Positions 16,223 through 25,385 of a DNA stretch of 32,000 nucleotides are shown piece by piece. The stretch covers positions 16,279-48,278 of the forward strand of contig JAWCFL010000014.1 of assembly GCA_038858525.1 (NCBI GenBank), written 5' to 3'. A program made the translations under genes and the position numbers. Numbering within the stretch: the stretch's first letter is position 1; every line of letters begins with the position of its first letter. The notes beneath the pieces were generated by a model. That model worked only from the letters and a program-made list of their open reading frames with translations. It was not told the DNA's origin and did no database searches. Source of the stretch: Candidatus Jordarchaeales archaeon. GTDB lineage: Archaea > Asgardarchaeota > Jordiarchaeia > Jordiarchaeales > Freyrarchaeaceae.

Positions 16223-16588
16223 ATGAGTGAAGATGAAGTTAAAAGTATTGTTAAGCCCGAAGAGACAGAAGTGGAAGAGGAGGCCTCTTTAGAGGAAGAG
16301 GAAGCTCCATTAGAGGAAGCCCCATTAGAGGAAGAAGGGGAAACTAGGATATACACGATACCCTTGAAAAAAGCGTATTACGTTCCCCGCTACAAGAGAA
16401 CCGAGAAGGCTATTAGAATTATAAGAGAATTTATTTTGAGACATATGAAGGCTGAAAGGGTTGTCATATTGCAGCGCTTGAACGAGAAAGTCTGGAGTAG
16501 AGGAGATCAGAAGCCGCCGAGAAGGATCAAGGTGAAAGCCGTCAAGGACAAGGAAGGCGTGGTAAAGGTGGACATAGCTTCCGACTAG
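16223..16588 (+). CDS. rpl31e: 50S ribosomal protein L31e with acidic N-terminal extension
   Basis: RIYTIPL, RTEKAIRIIREF, LNEKVWSRG, PPRRIKVK. Confidence 0.97.
   Translation: MSEDEVKSIVKPEETEVEEEASLEEEEAPLEEAPLEEEGETRIYTIPLKKAYYVPRYKRTEKAIRIIREFILRHMKAERVVILQRLNEKVWSRGDQKPPRRIKVKAVKDKEGVVKVDIASD
16301..16330 (+). repeat. In-frame 15-bp tandem repeat (EAPLE x2) inside the rpl31e extension
   Basis: gaagctccattagag / gaagccccattagag, 14/15 identical. Confidence 0.8.
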
Positions 16589-16605
16589 AAAAAGGGGCGC
16601 TGAGC

Positions 16606-17274
16606 TTGGCTGTTACACGCATAAAGTTTAAGGGTACCTCTAGCATAGGCGTGTTTATAATGGCGACCGACAGCTACGCCATAGTTCCACCCGACACTCC
16701 AGGTAAAATTATCCGTGCAATAAGGGAGAACTTGGAGGTTGATGTCGTTAAGAGCTTGATAGGGGAAAGTAGACTAGTGGGAGTATTATCCGCCGGAAAT
16801 CCGAAGGGCTTACTTGTCCCATACTACACGCTGGACGAGGAACTAGATGCTCTCAAGAAGTACCTAGGAGTGAAGGTCTCCAGAGTCCCAGGAAAAATGA
16901 CTGCCATAGGTAACTTGGTTTTAGCTAACGAGAAAGCTTGCCTTATAAGTCCCGAGCTGGGAGACGACGCCGCTACAGTTATAGAAGAAACACTGGACGT
17001 CACAGTTCAGAGAGGTACAATAGCTGGTTTGCCGATAGTTGGCTCATCGGGCGTAGCCACGAGCAAGGGCGTTGTAGTCCACCCTCAATCAACCTCCAAT
17101 GAATTAAAAACTCTCGAAAAGCTTTTTGGCATTTCTGTCGATGTAGGAACTGTTAATGGCGGCATGCCATACGTCAGAATTGGTTTGGTTGCTAACACTG
17201 TTGGAGCGTTAGTCGGTGAGGATACTACCGGGCCCGAAATTCAAAATCTAATAAATATTTTGGACATAGGTTAG
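16606..17274 (+). CDS. eif6: Translation initiation factor 6 (aIF6)
   Basis: SSIGVF, SRLVGVL, AIGNLVLANE, GTIAG..IVGS, VGTVNGG, GLVAN, GEDTTGPE. Confidence 0.98.
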   Translation: MAVTRIKFKGTSSIGVFIMATDSYAIVPPDTPGKIIRAIRENLEVDVVKSLIGESRLVGVLSAGNPKGLLVPYYTLDEELDALKKYLGVKVSRVPGKMTAIGNLVLANEKACLISPELGDDAATVIEETLDVTVQRGTIAGLPIVGSSGVATSKGVVVHPQSTSNELKTLEKLFGISVDVGTVNGGMPYVRIGLVANTVGALVGEDTTGPEIQNLINILDIG

Positions 17275-17286
17275 GGGGTATCCGGC

Positions 17287-17535
17287 TTGGGTCGAGGTGA
17301 CGATGTTAAAGTTTTCAGGATTGAGGGCTACTACGCCAAGAAAAGAAAGAAGATTTTTTTCAGTGAGGAGGTGCGTTCTTTAAGTAAAGAGCACGCTTTA
17401 GAACTTGTTTACTCGAATATAGGTAGCAGGCATAGAGTTAAGAGGCGTGACGTGATAATTAAGCAGATAAACGTTATTAGTCCAGAGGAAGCTAAAAGCG
17501 TGATAGTAAGAACGCTTTCCGGATTGGAGATGTGA
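17287..17535 (+). CDS. rpl18a: 50S ribosomal protein L18Ae/LX
   Basis: KVFRIEG, ALELVYSNIGSRHRVKR; canonical position. Confidence 0.95.
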   Translation: MGRGDDVKVFRIEGYYAKKRKKIFFSEEVRSLSKEHALELVYSNIGSRHRVKRRDVIIKQINVISPEEAKSVIVRTLSGLEM

Positions 17536-17978
17536 AAGAAATGTCAGAAAACGAGCAGAGATTTAGAGCGACTTTAAGTCAGCTTAATGTTTACGAGCAA
17601 CAAGCCCAGATACTTGAGGAACGACTGGCGCTTTTAAACCAGATGATTGAGGAGACGAGGAGAGCAACTATTGCGCTGGACGAGATCAAAAGCATGGACT
17701 TGGAACATGAAGTTCTGGTTTCGCTGGGAGCGGGCGCCTTCCTGAAGGTCAAGGTGGCAGAGAAGGAGAAAGTCATATTTCAGATTGGAGCCGGAGTCGT
17801 TGTGGAGAAAAGCATAGATGACGTTAGAGCTAAGCTTAGCGAGAGACAGGGAGAACTACAAAAGGAGTTGCAGGCCACAGCTCAGCAGCTCGACGCTGTT
17901 GTCAGGCGGGCTAGGGAGCTGAACAGGCAATTGCAAGAGCTAGCGGTGAAGGTAAGCGAGGAAAGAGGATTAAAGTAG
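17532..17978 (+). CDS. pfdA: Prefoldin subunit alpha
   Basis: Coiled coils flanking EVLVSLGAGAF...VIFQIGAGVVVEKSIDD. An alternative start is ATG 17541. Confidence 0.95.
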   Translation: MKEMSENEQRFRATLSQLNVYEQQAQILEERLALLNQMIEETRRATIALDEIKSMDLEHEVLVSLGAGAFLKVKVAEKEKVIFQIGAGVVVEKSIDDVRAKLSERQGELQKELQATAQQLDAVVRRARELNRQLQELAVKVSEERGLK

Positions 17979-18013
17979 CTGGGGCTTCATAGTAAATAAA
18001 AAAGGGGTCCTTT

Positions 18014-18916
18014 TTGTTCGAGAAGGTCAGGGAAGGAGTCGGGAAGGTAATAGAAAAGGTCACGTTTAAAGAGCTTAGCGAAAAAGAGCTTAATGAACTA
18101 GTTTGGGAGCTCCAGCTTGTGCTTATTCAGAACGACGTTTCACTCAAGGTTGCAGAGAAAATCACGCAAAGCTTAAAGGAAAAGCTGGTAGGTGGTAAGG
18201 TCAAGAGGTTCAGCGATGTGAAGAGCACGGTTAGGGCTTCTCTCAGGGAGGCGGTGCTTGACGTTCTGAAGAGCGGGGGAAAAATAGACCTTGTCAGGCT
18301 CGTGGAGGAAAAGAAGAAAACCGGCGAGCCACTCACAATTGTTTTTTTGGGTGTTAATGGAACCGGGAAAACGATGACCGTAGCCAAAGTAACCCGCTTT
18401 CTTCAGAGAAAAGGCTTTTCATGCGTTCTCGCTGCTGCAGACACCTTCAGAGCAGGAAGCATAGAACAACTCGAGAAGCACGCGAACGCGTTAGGTGTTA
18501 AATGTATAAAGCAGTCTTACCGTTCCGATGCTGCCGCTGTCGCGTGGGATGCCGTTGAGCATGCTAAGGCAAAACACATAAACGTTGTCCTAGTGGACAC
18601 CGCTGGCAGAATGCAGACGGACAAAAACTTGTTGGACGAAATGAAAAAGATAGTGAGAGTTGTAAATCCAGACCTTAAAGTGTTTGTTGGTGACGCGTTA
18701 ACGGGGAACGACGCCGTCGAACAAGCTGAGAAGTTCAACGAAGAAGTGGGCATAGACGCCATAATCCTAACAAAGGTCGACGCAGACGTCAAGGGGGGCG
18801 CAGCCCTGTCAGTGACATACGCCACAGGAAAACCTATAATGTTTATAGGCGTAGGGCAGGGATATGACGACCTAAAGGAATTCGACCCAGAATGGTTCGC
18901 AGAAAGGATAGTTTAA
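18014..18916 (+). CDS. ftsY: Signal recognition particle receptor FtsY
   Basis: GVNGTGKT, AADTFRAG, DTAGR, LTKVD, GGAALS, GVGQGYDDL. Confidence 0.98.
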   Translation: MFEKVREGVGKVIEKVTFKELSEKELNELVWELQLVLIQNDVSLKVAEKITQSLKEKLVGGKVKRFSDVKSTVRASLREAVLDVLKSGGKIDLVRLVEEKKKTGEPLTIVFLGVNGTGKTMTVAKVTRFLQRKGFSCVLAAADTFRAGSIEQLEKHANALGVKCIKQSYRSDAAAVAWDAVEHAKAKHINVVLVDTAGRMQTDKNLLDEMKKIVRVVNPDLKVFVGDALTGNDAVEQAEKFNEEVGIDAIILTKVDADVKGGAALSVTYATGKPIMFIGVGQGYDDLKEFDPEWFAERIV

Positions 18917-18934
18917 AAGAAAAAGAGGGAAACA

Positions 18935-19846
18935 ATGGCTAGAAGCTTCCTTTCAATAATGGACGTCTCACACGAGGAACTGGAATACTTGCTACGTGAA
19001 GCGGAGAGGATCAAAAATAACAATGCTCCATCTAAGGTTCTCAAGGGAAAAGTACTCGCGGCTCTTTTTCTTAAACCATCAACAAGGACTAGGGTTTCAT
19101 TCGAAGTGGCTGTAAGACGTCTCGGAGGAGACCTAATTTTCCTCCGTGGAGACGAGCTGCAACTGGCCAGAGGAGAGCCACTAAAGGACACGGCGAGAGT
19201 ACTTGGAAGATACGTGGATGGGATCATAGCGAGGGTCTATCGTCATGAAGACCTAAAAATATTAGCGGAGTATTCTGAAGTGCCCGTCATAAACGCTCTA
19301 AGTGACAGAGAGCATCCATGCCAGGCACTCGCCGACATGCTCACAATAAAAGAAAAACTTGGAAGGTTGAAAGGCGTCACACTGGCATTCGTAGGAGATG
19401 GAAACAATGTTTGCCACTCCCTTCTGTTAGCGTGTAGCATGCTCGGAGTAAATATCAGAGTGGCAACCCCTGAAGGTTACGAGCCAGCTAAAGAAATAGT
19501 TGAGACAGCATTAGCTGTAGCGCCACCGAAGACAGAAATTCAGGTTCTAAACTCTCCCGAAGAAGCAGTTAAAGGCGCAGATGTGGTTTACACTGATGTC
19601 TTCGTTAGCATGGGAGACGAAGCTGAAGCCGATGAAAGGCTTTCCGTTTTTCTACCGAGGTTCCAAGTGAACAAGAAACTGCTAAGCCTAGCTAAACCAG
19701 GCGCCATAGTAATGCACTGCCTGCCAGCGCATAGGGGTGAAGAGATAACTGAAGATGTTTTAGAAGGGAAGTGTTCCGTCGTGTGGGATCAGGCAGAAAA
19801 CAGGTTACCAGTCCAGAAGGCACTGCTCAGCTTTCTCTATGGCTAG
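18935..19846 (+). CDS. argF: Ornithine carbamoyltransferase
   Basis: STRT, HPCQ, GDGNNV, YTDVFVSMG, HCLP, QAENR. Confidence 0.98.
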   Translation: MARSFLSIMDVSHEELEYLLREAERIKNNNAPSKVLKGKVLAALFLKPSTRTRVSFEVAVRRLGGDLIFLRGDELQLARGEPLKDTARVLGRYVDGIIARVYRHEDLKILAEYSEVPVINALSDREHPCQALADMLTIKEKLGRLKGVTLAFVGDGNNVCHSLLLACSMLGVNIRVATPEGYEPAKEIVETALAVAPPKTEIQVLNSPEEAVKGADVVYTDVFVSMGDEAEADERLSVFLPRFQVNKKLLSLAKPGAIVMHCLPAHRGEEITEDVLEGKCSVVWDQAENRLPVQKALLSFLYG

Positions 19847-20008
19847 AAAATATAGCGATTTTCATATTTCAGTAAACTAGACGATGTGCGCCTCTACACA
19901 ACTGGGTTGGCGTATTGAAGAGTATAATGTTCGTCATTGCGGGATGATGTACTACGAGAATGCAGCTTTACCTCCTAAAAATTTCTTTTTCCGAGTTTAA
20001 AGACTATT

Positions 20009-20034
20009 TTTAGCAAAAAAATTGCTTTGCTAAA
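20009..20034. promoter_or_regulatory. Perfect 9-bp inverted repeat with 8-nt spacer (TTTAGCAAA-N8-TTTGCTAAA)
   Basis: Read directly. Intergenic, about 70 bp upstream of a TTTTATAT TATA-like box (about 20105-20112) of the 20147 gene. Confidence 0.35.
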
Positions 20035-20146
20035 TAAAAATCATAACATATTCGCTATTTGTAGTGCGGTTTTTTCAATTATCTCCGTTTTTGTTTGGAA
20101 ATCTTTTTATATTATCAGTCAGACATAATTATTTTTAGGAAGAACT

Positions 20147-20863
20147 TTGGTGGTTGCTTTGAGCTCTGATGTTGTTATGGAGAAATTCTTCAAGTGTGAA
20201 TTGAACCCTGCATTCATGCTTTTCTCCGTTAAATTCACCGCTGACAAAATAGTGGAAATCTTCGGCCCTGTCTATAAGCGTTTCATAGTGAAGTACGCTT
20301 TAAACTTTGAGTCAGAGATGCTTGACGAAGAGCCTCCCGATGGAATAGAAGACCTAGAGCAGCTAAACAACTATTTGCTTAGCAAACTTGAAAAGTACCC
20401 TAAAAGCTACTGTGCCATTGTGTACGGAATGAGTAAAGCTGATCAGTTGCTTCAGGGAGGGTCGGGAACCGCGAGAACCGCTTCCTTTGTAATTCTAAGG
20501 CGTATACTTGAAGATTCCGGAGTCCTAAACCAGTTCATTGGCTCAACAGATGACCTATACGAAGCACTTGTAAAAACTGAGGAACTGTTCGTTTCCATGA
20601 ACGCTGGGCTGCCGGGAGGCGTAAAATTCCAAAAGATGATAGACGGCAAAGTCCGCTTAACAATACGTGATTGCCCGTTTGTCGATGCATGCGAAAAAAT
20701 GCGTTTCGAGGGGCTCTGGAGACCCGATGGGACACCTGAATGCTATGCTCTAACTCGATCAGTGGTGATCGCTGAAATAGTGACAGGTAAGAAGTTCGAC
20801 TACCGAGTCGAAGACATTAATCCGCCAGAAAACTGTAGCGGCTACGTGAACCCCATAATTTGA
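20147..20863 (+). CDS. V4R/MetOD1-like (Cys-coordinated small-ligand-binding) domain protein
   Basis: C-terminal LTIRDCPFVDAC...EC...VTGKKFDYRVE...NCSG pattern. The start may be GTG 20150 or ATG 20177. Confidence 0.55.
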   Translation: MVVALSSDVVMEKFFKCELNPAFMLFSVKFTADKIVEIFGPVYKRFIVKYALNFESEMLDEEPPDGIEDLEQLNNYLLSKLEKYPKSYCAIVYGMSKADQLLQGGSGTARTASFVILRRILEDSGVLNQFIGSTDDLYEALVKTEELFVSMNAGLPGGVKFQKMIDGKVRLTIRDCPFVDACEKMRFEGLWRPDGTPECYALTRSVVIAEIVTGKKFDYRVEDINPPENCSGYVNPII

Positions 20864-20922
20864 AAAAGGGATTCCTTTTTCCATAGACTCTTTTCTTTTT
20901 CGTGGCGTTAACTTGTCGATTG

Positions 20923-21843
20923 TCAGCTTCTTGCTAGAAACTCAAGTAGGTGTTTGTTTACCGTCTCAGGCATTTCGTTTTGGACCCAGTGGCCGCAAGG
21001 AAGGTACCTTATGGTGTAAGGCGCATCGATATACTCCTCTATTCCTTCACTCACTTCTCTCGTCAATGCGAAATCCTCCTCCCCCCAGATAACTAGCGTT
21101 GGGGCCTTCACCTTAGGCAAGCTAAGCTTCGCATCCCCCATGAAAACCTCCGGCTTTATGTTAGCTCTATAATAGTTTATCATAGCGGTTAGAGCCCCGG
21201 GTTGCGACCACGCCCTAACATACTCTTCCAAGTCCTCATCGGTAAAAGCATTCATGCTTACTGTGGTCTTGCGTAGGGTTTCTTTCAAAAACAGGTAGTT
21301 GTTTCTACTCAAGAATTTCTCGGGGACGTCTGCTATTTGGAAGAAAAAGATGTACCAGCTTCTCTGCAGTTGCTTAACGCTAAATTTAGCTTTCTCCTGC
21401 CATACTGTAGGGTGCGGCGCATTCATCACGACGAGGCGTTCCACAACCTCCGGCCGAGTAATAGCCAGCGCCCAAGCCACGATTCCCCCCCAATCGTGCC
21501 CAACTATAACCGCTTTTTTCTCGCCGAAGCTTTTTATGATTCCTACCACGTCGTCTACGAGTAAGTTTATTCTGTAATTCTCAACGCCGTTTGGCTTGTC
21601 GCTCAGGTTGTATCCTCTCATGTCCGGTGCTACAACCTTGAAGTATTTAGCGAGGACAGGTATCTGCCGCCTCCAAGAATACCAGAACTCGGGAAACCCA
21701 TGAAGAAGTACAACGAGCTCTCCTTCTCCCTGAACCACACAGTGAAGCCTCACATTGTTAACATTAACGAAAACATCCTCCCACACTTCAACCACCCATC
21801 TCTCGTATTTTATTATTCGTATTTTTCCGCTATATTTATCCAA
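20923..21843 (-). CDS. Epoxide hydrolase-like alpha/beta hydrolase
   Basis: HGFPEFWYSW, APDMRGYNLSDKP, nucleophile GHDWGG, PTLVIWGEED, CGHWVQ. The true start is probably a GTG near 21795/21786. Confidence 0.93.
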   Translation of the reverse strand: MDKYSGKIRIIKYERWVVEVWEDVFVNVNNVRLHCVVQGEGELVVLLHGFPEFWYSWRRQIPVLAKYFKVVAPDMRGYNLSDKPNGVENYRINLLVDDVVGIIKSFGEKKAVIVGHDWGGIVAWALAITRPEVVERLVVMNAPHPTVWQEKAKFSVKQLQRSWYIFFFQIADVPEKFLSRNNYLFLKETLRKTTVSMNAFTDEDLEEYVRAWSQPGALTAMINYYRANIKPEVFMGDAKLSLPKVKAPTLVIWGEEDFALTREVSEGIEEYIDAPYTIRYLPCGHWVQNEMPETVNKHLLEFLARS

Positions 21844-21943
21844 AAAATACTTTCACGCTTCTCATTTTACTTAACCTGTATTAAAGTGTTTAGCCTTTCT
21901 TTTCCTTTAACTTCTGTTATTTGTTTTCATATCCTCTAATAGT

Positions 21944-21987
21944 GGAAAACCTTATATTCCGCAGCCAGTATTTAACAATTGTAAATA
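21944..21987 (+). promoter_or_regulatory. copA promoter (BRE GGAAAA + CCTTATAT) with a downstream palindrome TATTT-A-ACAATTGT-AAATA
   Basis: TATA-like box at 21951-21958. The palindrome at 21969-21987 spans the expected start site, and its core AACAATTGTA resembles the TACAnnTGTA cop box. Confidence 0.45.
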
Positions 21988-22020
21988 AGTTTTTGGTTTT
22001 TAATTTTGAAAGTGGTTTAT

Positions 22021-24393
22021 ATGAAAAGCGAGAAAATCCCTATTGAGGGCATGCATTGCAGCGCTTGTGCCATATCAATAGAAAATGCTTTGCGAAGTAT
22101 GAATGGTGTTTTTAATGCTGAGGTTAATTTTGCATCCGAAAGCGCCATCATCACTTATGACGAGTCAAAGGTTAAACTAAGAGACATAATAACTCAGATT
22201 AGGAAGGCGGGTTACGACGTTAAAAAGGAGAGAGTTCGTCTCAAGATTAAAGGTATGCATTGTGCAGCCTGTGTTCAAGCTATCGAGAAGGCGTTGCTGA
22301 GCGTTGAGGGCGTTCTCTCAGCTGAAGCAAATTTAGGGACGGAAAGCGCAGTCGTCACATACACTCACCCGGCGGATCTGTCAGGCCTGAAGCGTGCAGT
22401 TAAGGAGGCAGGTTATAGTGTGGTCAGCGAGTTCTCTGAAGAGGAAGCCGCTAAAGTACTCAAAAAGCAGAAGCTCCTTTTCATGTTTATTCTTGCACTC
22501 GCAGTCCCCCTCGTCATCGGGAGCATGGATTTTCTTCCCATATCAACCCCCGAAGTTCTGAGCAACCCGTTCATCCTTTTCACCCTTGCAACCCCAATAC
22601 AGTTCCTCGGAGGATACCGCTACTATAAGGGATCCTACTACTCACTCAAGAGCAAGGTTGCAAACATGGACGTCCTAATAGCAATGGGCACCTCTGCCGC
22701 ATACTTTTACAGTGTGCTAGCCACCTTTATAACGCACGGCCCCCTCTACTATGACACAGCAGCCTTGATAATAGTCTTCGTTTCACTAGGGAAACTATTG
22801 GAGGACGTAGCAAAGAAGAGGACAGGGGAATCTGTGAAGCGACTGATGCAACTGCAGGCGAAAACCGCTACAGTGCTTCGTAATGGTACTGAAGTAGAAG
22901 TTCCAGTAGAAGAAGTCGCCGTCGGAGACCTACTTGTCGTTAGGCCGGGTGAAAAGATCCCTGTGGACGGCGTCATCAAAGAAGGGCACTCAACGGTTGA
23001 CGAGTCCATGATAACTGGAGAGTCAATGCCTGTCGAAAAGAAGCCCGGTGACCCAGTCATAGGTTCAACGATAAACTTAGATGGCTTTCTTGTAGTTGAG
23101 GCCCAGAAAGTCGGTAAGGACACGGTGCTCTCGCACATCATAAGCCTAGTGGAGGAGGCTCAGGGCTCGAAGGCACCCATGCAGCGATTGGCAGACAAAG
23201 TAGCATCCATCTTTGTTCCAACAGTGCTGGTCATAGCTTTCTCATCCTTCCTTTACTGGGTGTCTGTAGGACAGAAGTCCCTCTCGTTCGCCCTCCTAGT
23301 TATGGTGGCGGTTCTAGTTATCTCCTGTCCTTGCGCCCTTGGCCTCGCTACTCCGACAGCTATAGTAGTGGGAATGGGGAAGGGGGCTGAAAATGGGATC
23401 CTGATAAAGAATGGTGAAGCTCTAGAAAAAGCCTGCAGAGTAAACGTTGTTGTGCTAGACAAGACTGGAACAATAACTAAGGGGAAGCCGGAGGTAACTG
23501 ACGTCGTGGGTGACGTGCTTGAATTAGCCGCGGCTGTTGAGAAGGGATCCGAGCATCCGCTTGCAGAGGCAATACTTAAAAAGGCCATGGAATTAGGCGT
23601 CAATATTCCGAAGGTCGAAGACTTTAGAGCTTATCCTGGTAAGGGCGTAGTGGCGAGACTTAACGGGAAAATAGTGGCTGTGGGAAACCGAAAAATAATG
23701 GAAGGCGCAGAGCTGGATGAGTGGGTTGAGAGGGAAGCTAAAAGGCTTGAAGAGGAGGGAAAAACGGTTCTTTTTGTCTCGGAAAACGATCAGGTTAAGG
23801 GTCTAATAGCTTTAGCTGACACTCTGCGAGAACACTCAGCTGATGCTGTTCAAGAGCTTAAGAGTATGGGGTTAGAGGTAGTTATGCTAACGGGCGACAA
23901 CCAGAGGACGGCCTGGGCTGTAGCTAAACAGGTGGGAATCGAGCGTGTGCTTAGCGATGTTCTACCCGATGATAAATCGCGCGAAGTAAAACGCCTCCAA
24001 GGCGAGGGCTTTATAGTTGCCATGGTTGGCGACGGGGTGAACGATGCCCCAGCTCTTGCTCAGGCAGACTTGGGAATAGCTATGGGTTCAGGCACAGACG
24101 TAGCGATCGAAACGGGCGACATAGTACTCGTGAAACGCGACCTAAGAGATGTGGTTTCAGCCATTAAGTTGAGCAGAAAAACGGTGAGCAAAATTAAGCA
24201 GAATCTTTTCTGGGCCTTCATCTATAACCTGGCGGCAATACCCATAGCGGCCGGCATCCTCTACCCCTTACTGCTACCTCCAGCCGTAGCAGCCGCCATA
24301 ATGTCCATAAGCTCTGTCACCGTCGTATCTAATTCGCTCCTTCTCAAAAGAACTAACTTGAAAAAGGAGGAATTGAAGGAAAAAAGGAGGTGA
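22021..24393 (+). CDS. copA: Cu(I)-exporting P1B-type ATPase with two HMA domains
   Basis: GMHCSAC and [33 protein letters not shown] and MxxSS Cu(I) signatures. Start at ATG 22021; the ORF track starts at 22006. Confidence 0.97.
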   Translation: MKSEKIPIEGMHCSACAISIENALRSMNGVFNAEVNFASESAIITYDESKVKLRDIITQIRKAGYDVKKERVRLKIKGMHCAACVQAIEKALLSVEGVLSAEANLGTESAVVTYTHPADLSGLKRAVKEAGYSVVSEFSEEEAAKVLKKQKLLFMFILALAVPLVIGSMDFLPISTPEVLSNPFILFTLATPIQFLGGYRYYKGSYYSLKSKVANMDVLIAMGTSAAYFYSVLATFITHGPLYYDTAALIIVFVSLGKLLEDVAKKRTGESVKRLMQLQAKTATVLRNGTEVEVPVEEVAVGDLLVVRPGEKIPVDGVIKEGHSTVDESMITGESMPVEKKPGDPVIGSTINLDGFLVVEAQKVGKDTVLSHIISLVEEAQGSKAPMQRLADKVASIFVPTVLVIAFSSFLYWVSVGQKSLSFALLVMVAVLVISCPCALGLATPTAIVVGMGKGAENGILIKNGEALEKACRVNVVVLDKTGTITKGKPEVTDVVGDVLELAAAVEKGSEHPLAEAILKKAMELGVNIPKVEDFRAYPGKGVVARLNGKIVAVGNRKIMEGAELDEWVEREAKRLEEEGKTVLFVSENDQVKGLIALADTLREHSADAVQELKSMGLEVVMLTGDNQRTAWAVAKQVGIERVLSDVLPDDKSREVKRLQGEGFIVAMVGDGVNDAPALAQADLGIAMGSGTDVAIETGDIVLVKRDLRDVVSAIKLSRKTVSKIKQNLFWAFIYNLAAIPIAAGILYPLLLPPAVAAAIMSISSVTVVSNSLLLKRTNLKKEELKEKRR

Positions 24394-24398
24394 AGGAT

Positions 24399-24548
24399 TT
24401 GGGGAAAGCTCTAGACCCTGTCTGCAAAATGGAAGTAGATGTCGATAAGGCTAAGTGGAAAAGCACGTATAAGGGGAAAACGTACTATTTTTGCGCGCCG
24501 GGATGCAAAAAGGCGTTTGACGAGAATCCTGAAAAATATGTGAAGTAA
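24399..24548 (+). CDS. YHS/TRASH-domain copper chaperone-like protein (49 aa; absent from the ORF track)
   Basis: SD GGAGGTGA at 24386-24393, TTG start. Translation: MGKALDPVCKMEVDVDKAKWKSTYKGKTYYFCAPGCKKAFDENPEKYVK* (DPVCxM...YYFCxxxC...F...P). Confidence 0.93.
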   Translation: MGKALDPVCKMEVDVDKAKWKSTYKGKTYYFCAPGCKKAFDENPEKYVK

Positions 24549-24684
24549 ATGGACTTTTGATTGGAAAGCGTTTATCTTTAATGAAATGAATTTTTTTATT
24601 AGAAATTTTTTATTTTCATATGGGAACTTTAGTTTTGGTCTTCAAATTTATTGATAAGTTAGGTCTAAATAAGTTTGGATTAAG

Positions 24685-25098
24685 ATGAAGGGTGATTTAC
24701 CCTTGAATAAGATTGACGTGAACGAGCTCCTTAGGCTTGTTGAGTTAAACGTTGGAAGCATTCCTCTCTCGGCTGTAGCGATAATAGATATGAACTTCAG
24801 GATTTGGGCTGTGAAAGGAAAACTAGAAGATATCCTTGAAGTCCTTAAGAAATACGAAAACGTCCTCTTATCGAAAATGAAAACAGGAGAAGAAATACAC
24901 AATGATGGAAGTTTCCTCATGAAAGTAACTGACAAGTCATACGTTCTTGCCGCAGTGAAAAACCCGCTCCTCATCAAAATCGCGATAGCAAACCTCCGAG
25001 GACGAATAAATGCATTGTCAAGCTTCTACGTTCTTGATAAACTTATCGATGAAAGTGACTTAAGTAACAAAAATAGTTCCCCCTCGAGAACCCTTTAG
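24685..25098 (+). CDS. Hypothetical protein, possible profilin/roadblock-like fold
   Basis: Helix followed by SAVAIIDMNFRIWAVKG, then beta-strands (FLMKVTDKSYVLAAV) and a terminal helix. Confidence 0.5.
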   Translation: MKGDLPLNKIDVNELLRLVELNVGSIPLSAVAIIDMNFRIWAVKGKLEDILEVLKKYENVLLSKMKTGEEIHNDGSFLMKVTDKSYVLAAVKNPLLIKIAIANLRGRINALSSFYVLDKLIDESDLSNKNSSPSRTL

Positions 25099-25385
25099 TA
25101 GTTTAGAAAGCAAGTTATGCCTTTGCGCATCTCAATGATTTTTGGAAGCTTTACGAATAAAATTTAAAATGAGCTTTTCTCTTTTTGAAATCTGACGCCC
25201 ATACAATGAAGCGATCCGGCAATAACGACTCTAATTTTTTGGAGGATGAGTGATCAAAGTTACGCTGAGGGGCAAATCCTTTCTTTCTTTCCCATTTTTG
25301 AGGGAGCTTTATCGTGGATCTAAACCAAAAAAGTTTTTGGTATGAAAAAACTATTTTTTTCGGAAGTTTTATCGGGGTGAGAGTC

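Noticed and set aside
19940-19980. GATGATG as a possible C box of a C/D sRNA
   Set aside because: Not the canonical RUGAUGA, and no CUGA D box at a suitable distance.
25165-25270. ATGA.../CTGA pairs suggesting a C/D-box sRNA upstream of the MFS gene
   Set aside because: The C boxes are non-canonical (ATGAGC, ATGAGT) and the spacing is irregular.
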